NCBI GenBank assembly: GCA_030390025.1 | Contig: CM059433.1 | Span: 3,658,001-3,722,000, forward strand | Direction: 5' to 3' | Length of the DNA: 64,000 nucleotides | Origin: Squalus acanthias | Lineage: Eukaryota | Shown: in pieces, positions 50,070 to 62,625 of the stretch | How the letters are laid out: each line of letters opens with the position of its first letter | How positions within the stretch are numbered: position 1 is the stretch's first letter | Program-made: the position numbers and the translations under genes | Notes under the pieces: generated by a model | Seen by the model: only the letters and a program-made list of their open reading frames with translations | Told to the model about the DNA's origin: nothing | Database searches by the model: none

Positions 50070-50968
50070 GGTAAGTTGTGAGGAGGATGCAAGGAGGGAT
50101 ATAGGCAGGCTAAGTGAGTGGGGGCAAGAACATGGCAAATGGAATATAATGTGGAGAAATGTGAAGTTATCCACTTTGGTAGGAAAAATAGAAAAGCAGA
50201 GTATTTTTTAAATAGTGAGAGATTGGGAAATGTTGGGTGTTCAGAGGGACCTGGGTGTCCTTGCACACAAATCACTGAAAGTTAACATACAGGTACAGCA
50301 AGTAATGAGGAAAGCAAATGGTATGTTGGCCTTTATTACAAGAGGATTTGAGTACAAGAGTAAAGATGTCTTACTGCAATTATATAGGGCCCTGGTGAGA
50401 CCACACCTGGAATAGTGTGTACAGTTTTGGTCTCCTTACCCAAGGAAGGATATACTTGCCATAGAGCGTGTGCAATGAAGGTTCACCAGACTGATTCCTG
50501 GGATGGGGGGTTTGTCCTATGAGAAGAGATTGAGTAGACTAGGCCTATATTCTCTGGAGTTTAGAAGAATGAGAGATGATCTCATTGAAACATACAAAAT
50601 TCTTACAGGGCTTGACAGGGTAGATGCAGGGAGGATGTTTCCCCTGGCTGGGGAGTCTAGAACCAGGGGTCACAGTCTCAGAATAAGGGGCCAGCCATTT
50701 AGGACTGAGATGAGGAGAAATTTCTTCACTCAGAGGGTGGTGAATCTTTGGAATTCTCTACCCCAGAGGGCTGTGGAGGCTCAGGTCATTGAGTATATTC
50801 AAGACAGAGATGATAGATTTTTGAATATTAAGGGAAACAAGGGATATGGGGATAGTTCAGGAAAGTGGAGAGGAGGTAGAAGATCAGCCACGATCTTATT
50901 GAATGGTGGAGCAGGCTCGAGGGGCCGAATGGCCGACTCCTGCTCCTATTTCTTATGTTCTTATGTTC
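50070..50968 (+). mobile_element. 5'-truncated CR1 in TRIB2 intron 2 (antisense to the gene)
   Basis: RT C-terminal remnants; GGGGCCGAATGGCC stem; (TTCTTATG)n tail. Confidence 0.9.
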
Positions 50969-52597
50969 AGAGACAGTGAAGGTGTTAGTAGCCCAGCCAG
51001 CTCCATATTTCAGAGGAAAATACCAACAGATTCTGAAATGAACATTTTAAAAATGGCAATCCTGAAACAATAACATGCTTCAATATAAATCCTATATCAA
51101 AAAGATTGAATATAGTGGGCAATCTTCTCTGAAGGAGGAGAACACTACCTTACATGGAGGACTATGGAAGCTCCCAACTCATTGTAAGCCTATAAAATCA
51201 AAATGTACAAGACTTGATCATTTTGTCCATAAATGTACAAGGTGCGTGATAATTCTGCTCTACAAGTAAAACCAGATAAGTCACAAATAACACTTCCTTC
51301 TCACTCATGGAGTAATAGTGATGCTTCAGTATCTGCTGTAATCCACCCATTTAATTGTGCGAGACTCCCAGTATGTCATCATTTATTTATAAAATTCACT
51401 CCACCCAATACACACAAAACCCAATTTCCACAACCATTGCAAATTTGTTGCAGAAGACCATTGAAGAACAGCCTCGAATATTCAAAATAATCTTTCCTGC
51501 ATTTAGGATTCCCATCTATCTTTGTTTCCATAGCGATTCCCATAGTGATAGTGCACTATGAGACTAGATATGAAATGCAAAAGCCACTGCCATCATCACA
51601 GAATAAACATCTTTGCCACATCAACTCCTAGGATTGTATTATTGTACACACATTTTGTGGTCACCCACACATGCCCAAAGATGTGCCCAATAAATGTATG
51701 CTAGTGACGAAAAAAAACATTTTGCATGGTTATGAATCTGAAGCAAAACATATTAGTTTTCAGCATTTGCATATCTTTCTATCATACAATACTTAGAGAG
51801 GGTTAAAAAGTAAACATCAATACAATATAGCATTCATACTACAGACAACTTTTCTAACAATGCAATTGCTTGTTGAAATCCGAGCATATAAACAAAATAG
51901 ATGCTGTTTAGGAGCAAATTACAGCAGCAATCTACGCTGAATGGGGCAGACTCCCACATCAATGACATCTCTCGGCAAGTACAAAGAGTACTACAAATAA
52001 GCAAAGCATTCTTCAATCAAATAACTCAAACACCACCAGGCAACTAAATATAAAATTGCGATTGCACAATTTGGACAGGAATGTGCCAATTTATTTTGAT
52101 AACTGAACAGTCTCCTCCTTGTTGCAACACTTCATTTGGAACACTCATTAAAGCTCAGCTTGTCCAAGCTCCCTGGTTAAATGCACATTCAGCATTTGCA
52201 CAGTGGAATGGTGGGAGTCGGGCTTAATGAATTCTGCCTCGGGTTAAACATTTTCAGCCATTACATTTCGCCATCTTATAAAATTATACATTTGCTCATC
52301 ACAGCTCCAGTCTTTCAGAGAGCGTGTCAAACATATAGAATGCTGCTGCATGTTCACACAAGAAGCTTGTTCACAAGTTTCATCTCTGCTCTACGAGTTA
52401 GATCAACTCAGCTGGGGAAGCTACAGTTGACCTCAGTGCCTCCGAGCTAGATTTTATTTAAAAAAAGAGAAAAAAGAGAAATGGCTCCTGATCATTATCT
52501 AGTGGCCACTGTTGGGAAAAGTGCATCTGTGTGGTCAGGACTGGGGTTGGCGGTGATACTCCTGATGATGGAATAGCCCAACACTCACCATCTAGAC

Positions 52598-53973
52598 CAG
52601 TGGCGGGCAAAATACAGCCCGCCAATGGATTCAATCCGGCCCACCAAGGCCTGGCTTCGAGGCCGAGCATCCGCCGCACCGGACCCCCACAACCTCAGGA
52701 GGCGGGTCAGCAAGGGAGTCATAACCAAAAACAAAAGGTGGGCAAATCAAATCTGCCGTTCGCTGCATCAAGATGTAGTTATCACACCCGAAACCTCAGT
52801 TTCTGCTCCGTCACTGCAAGGTGAAAGGTGAGTTACTCACGGTTTGTGGGTTCAGTGTTTCATAAATCTGTGCAAACTTTCCAGATAAATGCACGATAAC
52901 AAATACTTTAAATATATAAAATACCATTGGCAGCACGGCTCTGAATTGACACAATGGAATTGACTGGAAGGTTGTTTACTTAGAAATTTGAGTTTTTAAT
53001 GTCAACTTGTCTCTGAAGGAATTTTAGCGACTAATTAGTCCTGGGCTTGATTTCATTCCAGTGAGTTAGAAAATGCTATTTTTGTTTATTGGTGCAATTG
53101 GGGGAAAGGTGCTGTCTGAATTCCGTGGGGTACTCCCGGTCTCCCGGCGTAACTCTGGCGCGGACCCAGTTACATCGGGTCCCTGCCGTTTCTGGGAGTT
53201 TGCTCAGTGAAGAGCCGGGGAGCGTCTAGCCCAGTGGGGGGCAGAATACGACCCGCGGGCTACATCCGGCCCGCCAGTTCATTCTAACCAGCTCGCTGGA
53301 CGGGACAGAAATAGAACACCAGCCAGGTCTCGAGCTGCACATTAGTCCGAGTCGAGTCACGGCTGCTCATCTCGATGACTCTTTCACTGCGTCTTGCCTC
53401 TCCCAGAGTCCGTCTTGGACACGGGAGTGGATCCCAGAGCACAAGGACTCCAGGTAATGGCACACGATTGTAGGTCAGGCCTTGCGAAGCCTCGGACTCC
53501 CGCACTCAGCACACTAAAAAGGAGAATGCCTCTCGCATTGGAGGCCTCTCAGACTCGAGCCACTCCGCTAAACAACCACGTAGACTTTCAGTATAAATCG
53601 ATCGACCGATCATTTCATTTGTCTAATAACGGAAGATTTTATTATTTTGCATTACATTTTGTGTATTTAAGATAGCATCTGACTACTATCTGAATTTATG
53701 TTTATAGATTGAGAGGGTAGAAGCGGGAGTGATTATCAACACTAGGAGTTGGCCTGTTTCAAATTTAACACGCTCTCACCAACGTGCACGGTCCCTTTAA
53801 ATTTGCTGCGCGGTCTCGCTTCCAGCAGAGGGAGCTGGTGAGCGGGACCTCCCAATTGATGCGCGATCGCACACTTGCCGGGGGGGGGGGGGGGGAGGGA
53901 AACATTGGTGCGCGGCCCTCAACAGCTCATCAAAACTTAAGTGGCCATCCAGCCCAAATAATTGCCCACCCTG
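52598..53973. mobile_element. Non-autonomous hAT (Charlie-type) DNA transposon in TRIB2 intron 2
   Basis: TIRs CAGTGGCGGGCAA / TTGCCCACCCTG; perfect 8-bp TSD ATCTAGAC at 52590-52597 and 53974-53981. Confidence 0.88.
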
Positions 53974-56765
53974 ATCTAGACTCATGCATGAAGAATAGCT
54001 ACTTGGGCAAGGTACCAAAGACAGTCAGAAACCGTAATCCAACACGAGTCACTACGCTCAAAAAGGTGAAGGAGAAAAAAAATAGGAAAGAAATCCGGTC
54101 AGTTATATAGCAGCCATGAAGAGGTGGAGCATCCATTCAGAGGCACCGGAATATGTAAAATGCAGTGTCAGCGGTCAGTGAAACAAGGCTATTCAAGAGT
54201 TTCACAGAGAACTTAATCTCCAATGTTGTCGCTCGAAGGGGATTGGCGAAGAATCAGTAGAGAGAAACCTATCGCACCCCCAGTATAAATTAGTCAATAA
54301 ATAGTAGCGTTGAAGGCAGTTATGGAAAATTCTGTGACCTAGATAATATTTCCCTCCAGCTAATGGGAGCAATTTATTGATGAGAAAAATTCAAGAAATT
54401 GAAGTGTGTAATCAAACATAATATAATATATACATACACACATATTTGGGGCTATGAAGTTTACAGAGGCATCAGAAACCATCACTTTCAAGCAGAGTTG
54501 CTGCTGGAGTCAGAAGGATTAGATACAGAAATTTGGAAAATGGTTTAACAACTTGCAACATTCATCCTTGTAATTTAATTGTTATTAACTCCTAAGATTA
54601 ACACTGAAATTCTAGAATACAACTCCTCCTTGCACCAAACCCACTCCCAGCCCCCAAAACATATGCAATGACACCAGAACTGTGCCCGTTGGGGACTTCT
54701 GCTTCTGACCCATCCCCTCCACCCCGAACTAGGCGGACTCAGTGGGAGGTCACTCCATCAGCAAACCTTAAATGGGCACCTGCGCCACTAGGCGTGCATC
54801 TTGGGCAACCACCCGTCCCAAGCTGCTCAGGAAATCCAGCAGCATCTGTATTTTTTGTTGCTTCCAGGCGATCCAATGCAGGATACGTCAAACAATCAAA
54901 GCAGCCCCAGATGCAGGCAATCCTGACTCCATGAATCAACACAGTCAGCACTCTCACATCTCCAGATATGCATTACATGCCCAGACGACAGGCAAATTTT
55001 AAAAAGTCACAATTCAATATTCAGAACTTGGGAGAACACTCCATTCTCAACCCATATTATATTCAGTGAAAGTAAAATGTTCAAAAATAAATGACACTGT
55101 GGCTTTCGTTAATTCCATACTTTGCTCATGCAATCTAGAAGAGGTAAACTTTTAAATTAGTTATCTATGTTTCAAATAAATTGATGGTTCATAGCACGTC
55201 TATCTACATAGACACTCTCAAGTTTGGTGAATAATCTACTAGGCCTGGAAAGGAATACTTTGGTCTTCATATGATTGAGAAATATTGCCAAACTGTTTCT
55301 TATTGCTCTGGTTAGAGCTTCCCATACTCATTTTAGCCGGTTAGGTGGCCATGGCTTGCCTTCCTGAAAAGAATTATGGAAACTTTTGGTCAGGCAGCTT
55401 CTGTAAAGCTTATCCTCATAACAGAAAAAGGATGCAACAGGACAGGCATTTGAATTAATAGCATAGCTCCCATCAGCTCACGGTTCCCAGCAAGATAGCA
55501 CAATCATGCCTATCTGAATTGTCTAAATAAGCAAGGACAGAGCAAGAACCGTAAAAGCTCTTGCCATTTAACTACTGTGAAAGCCATAGTAACCAGATAC
55601 ATAATTTTACCAATATATATATGGTAAAGATGTACAGAAAAAGAGAGCTTCTGGTATCTCAATAGTATTAAGCGCTTTTAATCCTTTTCCTGCAACTTTT
55701 GGAATCCAACAATCCTGCACATCCAAAAAGCTTTCTGTACTAGCGGAAAATTTGTTCTTTTGTGCATATTCCATTTCTACCACTAGATGTCACAAGCTAT
55801 TTATGTAAAGTCTCAAGTGACTGAACACAACGCAGTACTCGAAATAAAGACTACTAATTTGTTATGCAAGCAAATGATTAGCTAAGTCACTTGTCTGCAA
55901 CATATGCATTTGTCGGCACACTACAAGTAGTAAATTTGTAGATCAACGGCGATACTTGCATGAAGACACACCCCTTTTAAACCAACAAAAACAGAGAACC
56001 AGGATATAGCAAGCCCGCCACCACTCTCTCTCTCCCACACCCCCTCCTTCTTGCAGGAGGTGAGTACTAAACCACTTGCACAGACAACATTAGCCAGCCA
56101 CTGAGTGGGCAAAACATTCTCAACTGCCCAGTTATAGAACGGGAGTTGCAGAAGGTTATTCCACCCCCCACCCCATTCTGGGTATTTTATTGCATATTAA
56201 ACATTCAGGTGACAAGTTTTTAACTGGATATTTCAACTGACCACTAAAAAGGTGGAGACAGAATCAAGCAATACAAAAGATTCTACCAAAAGAAAGGCAT
56301 GCGTAAAAAAAAAGCAAGTAGCAGCTGGTGAGCTGTGCCAGCAAGAAGACCGGATTATTAAAAGCTGATTTTTTTTGGTACCTTTTCTGGTCGAACAGCA
56401 TAAATTACTTTGAAACTTGGCTGATGTGCTGAAGTTTTAAACACGTATTAATTGCAGCAGTTATAGTAACCCCCCAAAAAAGACACAACTCCCCCACCCC
56501 CCCCCACCAAATCCACATACATAGCCCGAGTCGCTCCGTCTGCCTGCCTCCCTTGTCCGTGCCCAGGTGGCCCTGGAGAAGGAGCACACTGTGCTCGCAG
56601 GGACACTTGGAGGCTTCCTGTGACCAGTGGGCGCCGCAGGGACGGGCCTGATGGCGGACACGGCCAACAATGTTATTTAAGTCACAAGTTTCGTTTGGTT
56701 TATGATTTATTTAGTGGTGCGCCTTTACAAGAGTCACTTTTGTTTGAGGAGTGTCTCGTTATCAT

Positions 56766-57410
56766 TTAAGAACATAAGAGGAGTCGGCCACTCGGCCCCT
56801 CGAGCCTGCTCCGCCCCACGGCCCCTCGAGCCTGCTCCGCCCCACGGCCCCTCGAGCCTGCTCCGCCCCACGGCCCCTCGAGCCTGCTCCGCCCCACGGC
56901 CCCTCGAGCCTGCTCCGCCCCACGGCCCCTCGAGCCTGCTCCGCCCCACGGCCCCTCGAGCCTGCTCCGCCCCACGGCCCCTCGAGCCTGCTCCGCCCCA
57001 CGGCCCCTCGAGCCTGCTCCGCCCCACGGCCCCTCGAGCCTGCTCCGCCCCACGGCTCCTCGAGCCTGCTCCGCCCCACGGCCCCTCGAGCCTGCTCCGC
57101 CCCACGGCCCCTCGAGCCTGCTCCGCCCCACGGCCCCTCGAGCCTGCTCCGCCATTCAATAAGATCATGGCTGGTCATCGACCTCAACTCCACTTTCCTG
57201 CCCGCTCTCCATATCCCTTTATTCCCCTAGAGTCCAAAAATCTATCGATCTCAGCCTTGAATATACTCAAAGACTCAGCATTCACAGCCCTCTGGGGCAG
57301 AGAATTCCAAAGATTCACAACCCTCTGAGTGAAGAAATTTCCTCCTCATCTCGGTCCTAAATGGCCGACCCCTTATCCTGAGACTATGACCCCTGGTTCT
57401 CGACACTCCA
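56766..57410 (-). mobile_element. CR1 3' fragment carrying an internal tandem amplification
   Basis: TAAGAACATAAG tail; reverse complement of 50660-50965 with one segment amplified. Confidence 0.85.
56794..57153. repeat. 26-bp CpG-rich minisatellite x~14 (GGCCCCTCGAGCCTGCTCCGCCCCAC)
   Basis: Directly visible, nearly homogeneous. Confidence 0.95.
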
Positions 57411-58249
57411 ATTAAGCAAAGGCACACAGAGTCTGACTGTGGCTGCTCCTTTAGATGGGGCAGATGGAGAAGGCAACGGTGACTTTAAAATTGCAACAAC
57501 AAAATAATAAACTTCGCGTTATTGCAAAAAGAAAAACCAACAGCTGTCTGGGTAGCAACAAAAAAGAGGAAACCTCGTCTGTCAATGCCCTTCCCCATTG
57601 CTGTGTGAATGAGACCGCAGGAAATGTGCTGATGTCGCCAGAGAAACTTGGGGAGGGGGAGGAACCTGCCCCCAGGGTCTCCTCTCCTGTGCTCTGCTGG
57701 CCAACACCAACATCTTGGACCTCAGTCCGTGCAACCATCCAGCCAGCCTGCAGCCAGAGAGCAATGCAGCCCCGCTCTGGAGACAAGCCCACTTCACCGA
57801 GGGGGGGAACAGCTGGAGTCAGGCAGCTACTGCAACCGGCAGATGTTTGGGGGGGGGGGGGGGGGGGAGCGGTTTTGCAAACAAAAGAGTCAAAATTCAG
57901 CGCCATTCTCTCCACACCCGAGTTTTAAAAAGTCAATTTGCGAATTTGCCAACTTGCAACAACAATTTTTTTTTTCCAAATGTCGCGGTCAAAAAAAAAA
58001 TTACAATTTGCATTTTTTCAAAATAACGAGTCCCTCTGCGGCTGTGCTGATCCAGGTTTCTGATCCAGTTGTATTTACTGAACTCCTGCGGTCCCGTCGC
58101 GGGGACCCAGCACACTTTGGCAAGCTCGCCTCTCCTTAAAATTTACAATGCACCCCCTCTCCTCTCCTCATGAATGAAAAGGCGCGCTCCGCTTCCCATT
58201 GTGTGCCTGCATCCCAACTATCAGCGTCCACGGTAGCTGCACTCGAACA

Positions 58250-58385
58250 CAGCAAAATACTGCAGAGGCTGGAAACCTGAAAGAACAGAAAATGCTGCAA
58301 ACACTTTCTCTGTCTCTCTCTCGCCTCAATGCTGCCTGACCTGCTGAGTGTTTGCAGCATTTGCTGCAGCCTTGTTCATTCTGAG
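58250..58385. mobile_element. Remnant of a short palindromic repeat common in sharks (probably Penelope-derived)
   Basis: AAATGCTGCAAACACT / AGTGTTTGCAGCATTT inverted pair around GCTGCCTGACCTGCTG. Confidence 0.45.
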
Positions 58386-59587
58386 TTCTATCCCTTAGCA
58401 ATCCGAGGAACCACACTTGCTAAATCTCCCGAAATAAAAATCCAAACCATCGTGCACAAGTGGCTCCACATCTGCCCATCAGGGGAGACGCATGGTAAAG
58501 TCTCTCGCTGTGCCATTTGAGCAGAAGCACTATTCAAATACTAAAAGACAATATTACATTACTGTATTGCTGCAGATGGTTTAAAATCGCCCTGGTTGCA
58601 TTAACCGTGAAAGAATATAGTTGGGACAATAAGCAACAGGTATTAAGTGAAGCTACTGTCTTTCGATGCGAGTAGATATTGATAGTGCAGACTCGGGCGA
58701 AGTATTTATTGTTGCTGTGCCTGTTAAATGCGGAATTGAATTCACTCGCACAATGCAGTATAGCACGTGGGTAACTGCAAATACAGAAAAGAAGCGACGC
58801 TTATATACGGAGTCAATTCTTTTTGAGCTTTGCACCAAATGCACGAGTTACAAAGCAGGTCTCCTTCCGTTACTGTAACCTCCGAGAGAGAGAGAGAGAG
58901 AGAGAGCGAGACCTGGGTTCAACTGCGTGCGTGGGAAGAACATTTAGCATCTTGCAACAGCAAGGCAGCCCCATCCACACCAATAATCTCTGGTTGTGGC
59001 CGAACACCCCCCTCCCCGGCGCGCAATGAGAGCTGGAACTCCAGCATTATTTCAGGTGGCTGTGAAAAGTGCGCCAGCATGCTGATCTCTAACAAAGGAG
59101 GGAGGGAAGGGTCCAATCTCACTAGGCGCCTTTCACGAGAGGGGAGATGGGGGGGGGGGGGAAGAGTTATAAACAGCACCAGTGACTAATATAGTAAAGA
59201 CACATTAAAGATCAATGTTTAAGCGAATAATAAATAGCACACTAGGTCTCTGGAGAGCTTAAGCATGTAATTCTGTTGCCAACAAAATTCCCATGGAAGG
59301 GTTAATCGAATGGCATTTGTAATTTATTTGGTTGCATTATAGAGACTTAAACCAGTCTCCGAAATCACAACGTCTAAACAAAAACCAGCAATGCAATGAG
59401 TTACGTTAAATATTTACCATCTGATCTAAACGTCATCGACGAAACAGATCATTGGAGTGTAACAGTTTAAACAAAGTCTAGGACGTTGTTTCTTGGGCTG
59501 CTGCAATGGTGGGGCCGCTGTTTATATTTAAATCTTTGCCTTATATTTGATGGGTTAAAACGATCATAGGTTGGTTGCCAATCTTAC

Positions 59588-59880
59588 CGTTCCTCGTCTT
59601 TAAATACAAATTTCCTTAATTTGAGATCTCGCAGTACCACGCCATTGTCATGGCAGTGTGCTACAGCAGACGTTATCTGGTAGAATAATCTAGCTGCTTC
59701 ATCCTCTTTGAGCCTCTTGCAAGTGCGAACAAATGAATGCATATCCCCATGGCTCTTTTCAAAGAAAACATATGATCGTTGCTCCCCTAGCAGGATTTCA
59801 GTTATCTGGTTGATGCATTCGTGTGCAGACAAACAAAAATAGGCAGCTAATGTTTCTTGATATCGACCAATATCGAATAC
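59588..59880 (-). CDS. TRIB2: Tribbles homolog 2, coding exon 2 (293 nt)
   Basis: CCACAG acceptor and GTAAGA donor (phase 2, compatible with exon 3); [21 protein letters not shown]. Confidence 0.98.
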
Positions 59881-60331
59881 CTGTGGAAACAAAATAAATT
59901 AAAATGTGGCATCCTTTCCTCGCACTCTAAAAGGAAACAATGCAGAATTGGGGTAAAGTAAACCCAACATATAGATCGCTCTACATTAAAACAAACTGGC
60001 TCAAAGCTGGTTCAAACACAATGTCCCAGACAGCAGGTATCCTTATTGTGCAGTTTAAAGTCTCAGTAAAGATCCCCTCCAATTACAGAGTGAAACGGAG
60101 CTTATGATTTGTTTTAATAATACAAGTCTTTCTTTGCTTAAATTTCATAAATTTACTAACGTTTTAGGATTCAACGGCTCAAGTTTTGCGGGCTCGAGCT
60201 TCAGGTTAACAAAGGGGCTGCACTTTCACACATGCGCTTCTTGTGTATTGTGTTACAGTCTGCGCGCACATGTCATTGATTTAGAACCAAATGGAGTTTC
60301 ACTGATGAAGGTAATTGGGGTTTTTTTTTAC

Positions 60332-60604
60332 CTTACAAACGAGCTCTTCGCCACTGTGCAAATGCACAGCCCCAAGAACGTGGTCCCCCTCCAGAGGCTC
60401 CAACAATAGATATTGTCCGATTTGAGAAATGCAATGAGACGAGTTGGGGGTTTCAGGTGGGCTGGGAGAGCCGAGGTTCGGGCTGAAGCTCTGGCTGGAG
60501 TCACTAGTCCTCACACAAGATAATTCTTCATATTCGTGATGAGCCTTGTGCCTCGATCGCCCATACCTTACAATGCTGATTGGACAGGATCTCTGTATGC
60601 TCAT
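60332..60604 (-). CDS. TRIB2: Tribbles homolog 2, coding exon 1 (273 nt); spliced product 346 aa
   Basis: [58 protein letters not shown] matches the TRIB2-specific N-terminus; GT donor at 60331-60330. Confidence 0.97.
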
Positions 60605-60771
60605 GGGGCTGTAGAGTAGTCCTCTTGAAAAAAACAGCTTCACTGGACAAGCAGTTCGTTCACGTTGTATTAACAAGAGTTTAGGAAGGATTTTACTCCA
60701 GAAGCTAACGTAGCAGCGTTTCCCCCCCTCCCCTCTCTCTTTGTACTTTGGTCTAGACTTGTAGATCCAGT

Positions 60772-60803
<32 letters not shown>

Positions 60804-61357
60804 GGGTTTTCTTTTTTCCCCCAAGCAGGAGTCCTTTATCTTAAAATAAGCACCATTTGGAGTAATAATGCCGACTGTATGTTTATTGCTGGAGTTTTTG
60901 TCTTTTGCATAGGACGTTCGGATGTGTCAAACAATCAAATGGAGTCAAGCCCTGATGTTCTCGAAGCGGAAGGTGGAACGCCAGCTCACAGTGCTTTTGT
61001 TCTGGTGGTTACGGGAGGGACATTCGGCGCTTTGCACACAAGCCAGCCAAGGTGGCGACCGACTGATGGGGGGAAACACTACTCAACTCTTCGCCCTCCG
61101 ACTCTAGGTGGCGTCCGATCCCCTTTCTTTCTCTCTCTCTCTTTCTCTCGCCGTCTTTCTCTTTGCAGCTGAAACAAATAGCCTCAAACTATCATAAAAC
61201 AAGGAGTACGCGGCATTCACCCTCTCGTCATCTGGCTTTTTTTTTGCAAACGTCCACCCAAGTTAAAACTTTAAGGGGATTGGTTTTGCACGCACGCACT
61301 CTCTCATGAGAAGGTCTCTTTGGCTGACGAGCACTTTCCGATATTGGCGAGCAGCAA

Positions 61358-61388
<31 letters not shown>

Positions 61389-61789
61389 CTCTCAAAAAAA
61401 AATTTTTAAGTCAAGGACAAAAGAGATCAATCGTATCGTGTTCCCACCGTGCACACAGTCTATCTCCTCCAAACACAGCGATGACTGAGAAACTCCCGAT
61501 GGCTTTTTGCAACTGCACAATTGTTGAGATGACGACCTTGGTTGGATGCACACACAACAAAAAAAAATATTTTTTTGCAAAGGAAACAAAAAATAAAATC
61601 TGCAGCTTGGTTTTTTCTTTTTTGCTTTAAATCAAGGGATGGCCGAAAGGACCAGGGCCGATCCCTTTTAGCAACAGCAGACATAAGACATCATCATCAT
61701 CATCATTATTATTATTATTATTATTATTTTCGATCGCTGTGTTATTACTTACGTGGCTGCAATCTGAATAATGTCAGCAGCAGCCGCCA

Positions 61790-62000
61790 CACTCACACAC
61801 ACTGACACTCAGTGCAATCGCTGACTGCGGTCCACTGCGCCTCCGACAGACCTGATAAGCCCATGTCCCGCCCTCCCGGGCACCACACGCCCGTCAATCA
61901 CCCGGGGCTCCCGGGGCCATTGGACGCCAGGGCTGTCAATCAAGTCGAGCGTCACGGCTGGCGATCGCGATTGGCTGATCTCCCTTCCCTCTCCCTTCAC
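61790..62000 (-). promoter_or_regulatory. TRIB2: Candidate TRIB2 promoter (CpG-rich, no obvious TATA box)
   Basis: CCAAT boxes on the minus strand at 61974-61970 and 61923-61919; GC box at 61867-61873; high CpG density; ~1.2-1.3 kb upstream of the ATG. Confidence 0.55.
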
Positions 62001-62625
62001 TTCTTTAAGTAGGTGATACCCCTCCGCACGGAGTGTGTGGCTGCAAAAATAAAACCCACCCCCCTCCTCCCCACTGCATAAAGCATCTTTTGCATTGCAT
62101 TCAGGGGCTCAGCCTCCTCCGGAGCATCGGTGCAACCAAAAAAAGAGAGCAGAGTGTTGTCTTTTTTCTGCATTACCACAGGGTTTATTGGCCGCACTGT
62201 TTTCCTTGTTACTTTGGTATTTTCAATGAAGTGGCGGAGGGTGCTGCGAGGCGGTGAGCGGGCTGGGCTGGCTGGCAACCTGATCCCGAGCAGCTGTGTC
62301 TCTTTATTCATAGAGGAGGTGAATGCTGAGGGGAGCCTTGCGCAAACCAGTCAGGAATGTAGTCAGCAGGAAGAAAGAAAGCATGCCTCTGGCAACAGCA
62401 TTCTTTCTGTTGTGTTCCTCTCTCTCTCTCCCCCCCCCCAAACTAATAAAGATGTAATATATTCCTGCTATGTTTAAGAGCAACAGGTATATATTATAAA
62501 TCTCTTGCCCCCCCCCCCACAATTTATGGAAGAAAATGTTTGTATCATAAGTTGATTTATTATGCATGTCTTGCAACCACCAAATATGTAATACTAAAGA
62601 TGGTTTCCAGGATAACTTCATTTGT

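Noticed and set aside
56702..57328. Proline/arginine-rich ORFs of 129-208 aa
   Set aside because: Products of the 26-bp tandem repeat within a CR1 3' UTR.
57500..59500. Individual transcription-factor motifs (C/EBP-like, bZIP-like) in proximal intron 2
   Set aside because: Short imperfect matches expected by chance; conservation data would be required.
60605..60676. 24-codon in-frame N-terminal extension of TRIB2 from a TTG
   Set aside because: Homology to TRIB2 begins at the ATG at 60604; there is no evidence for non-AUG initiation.
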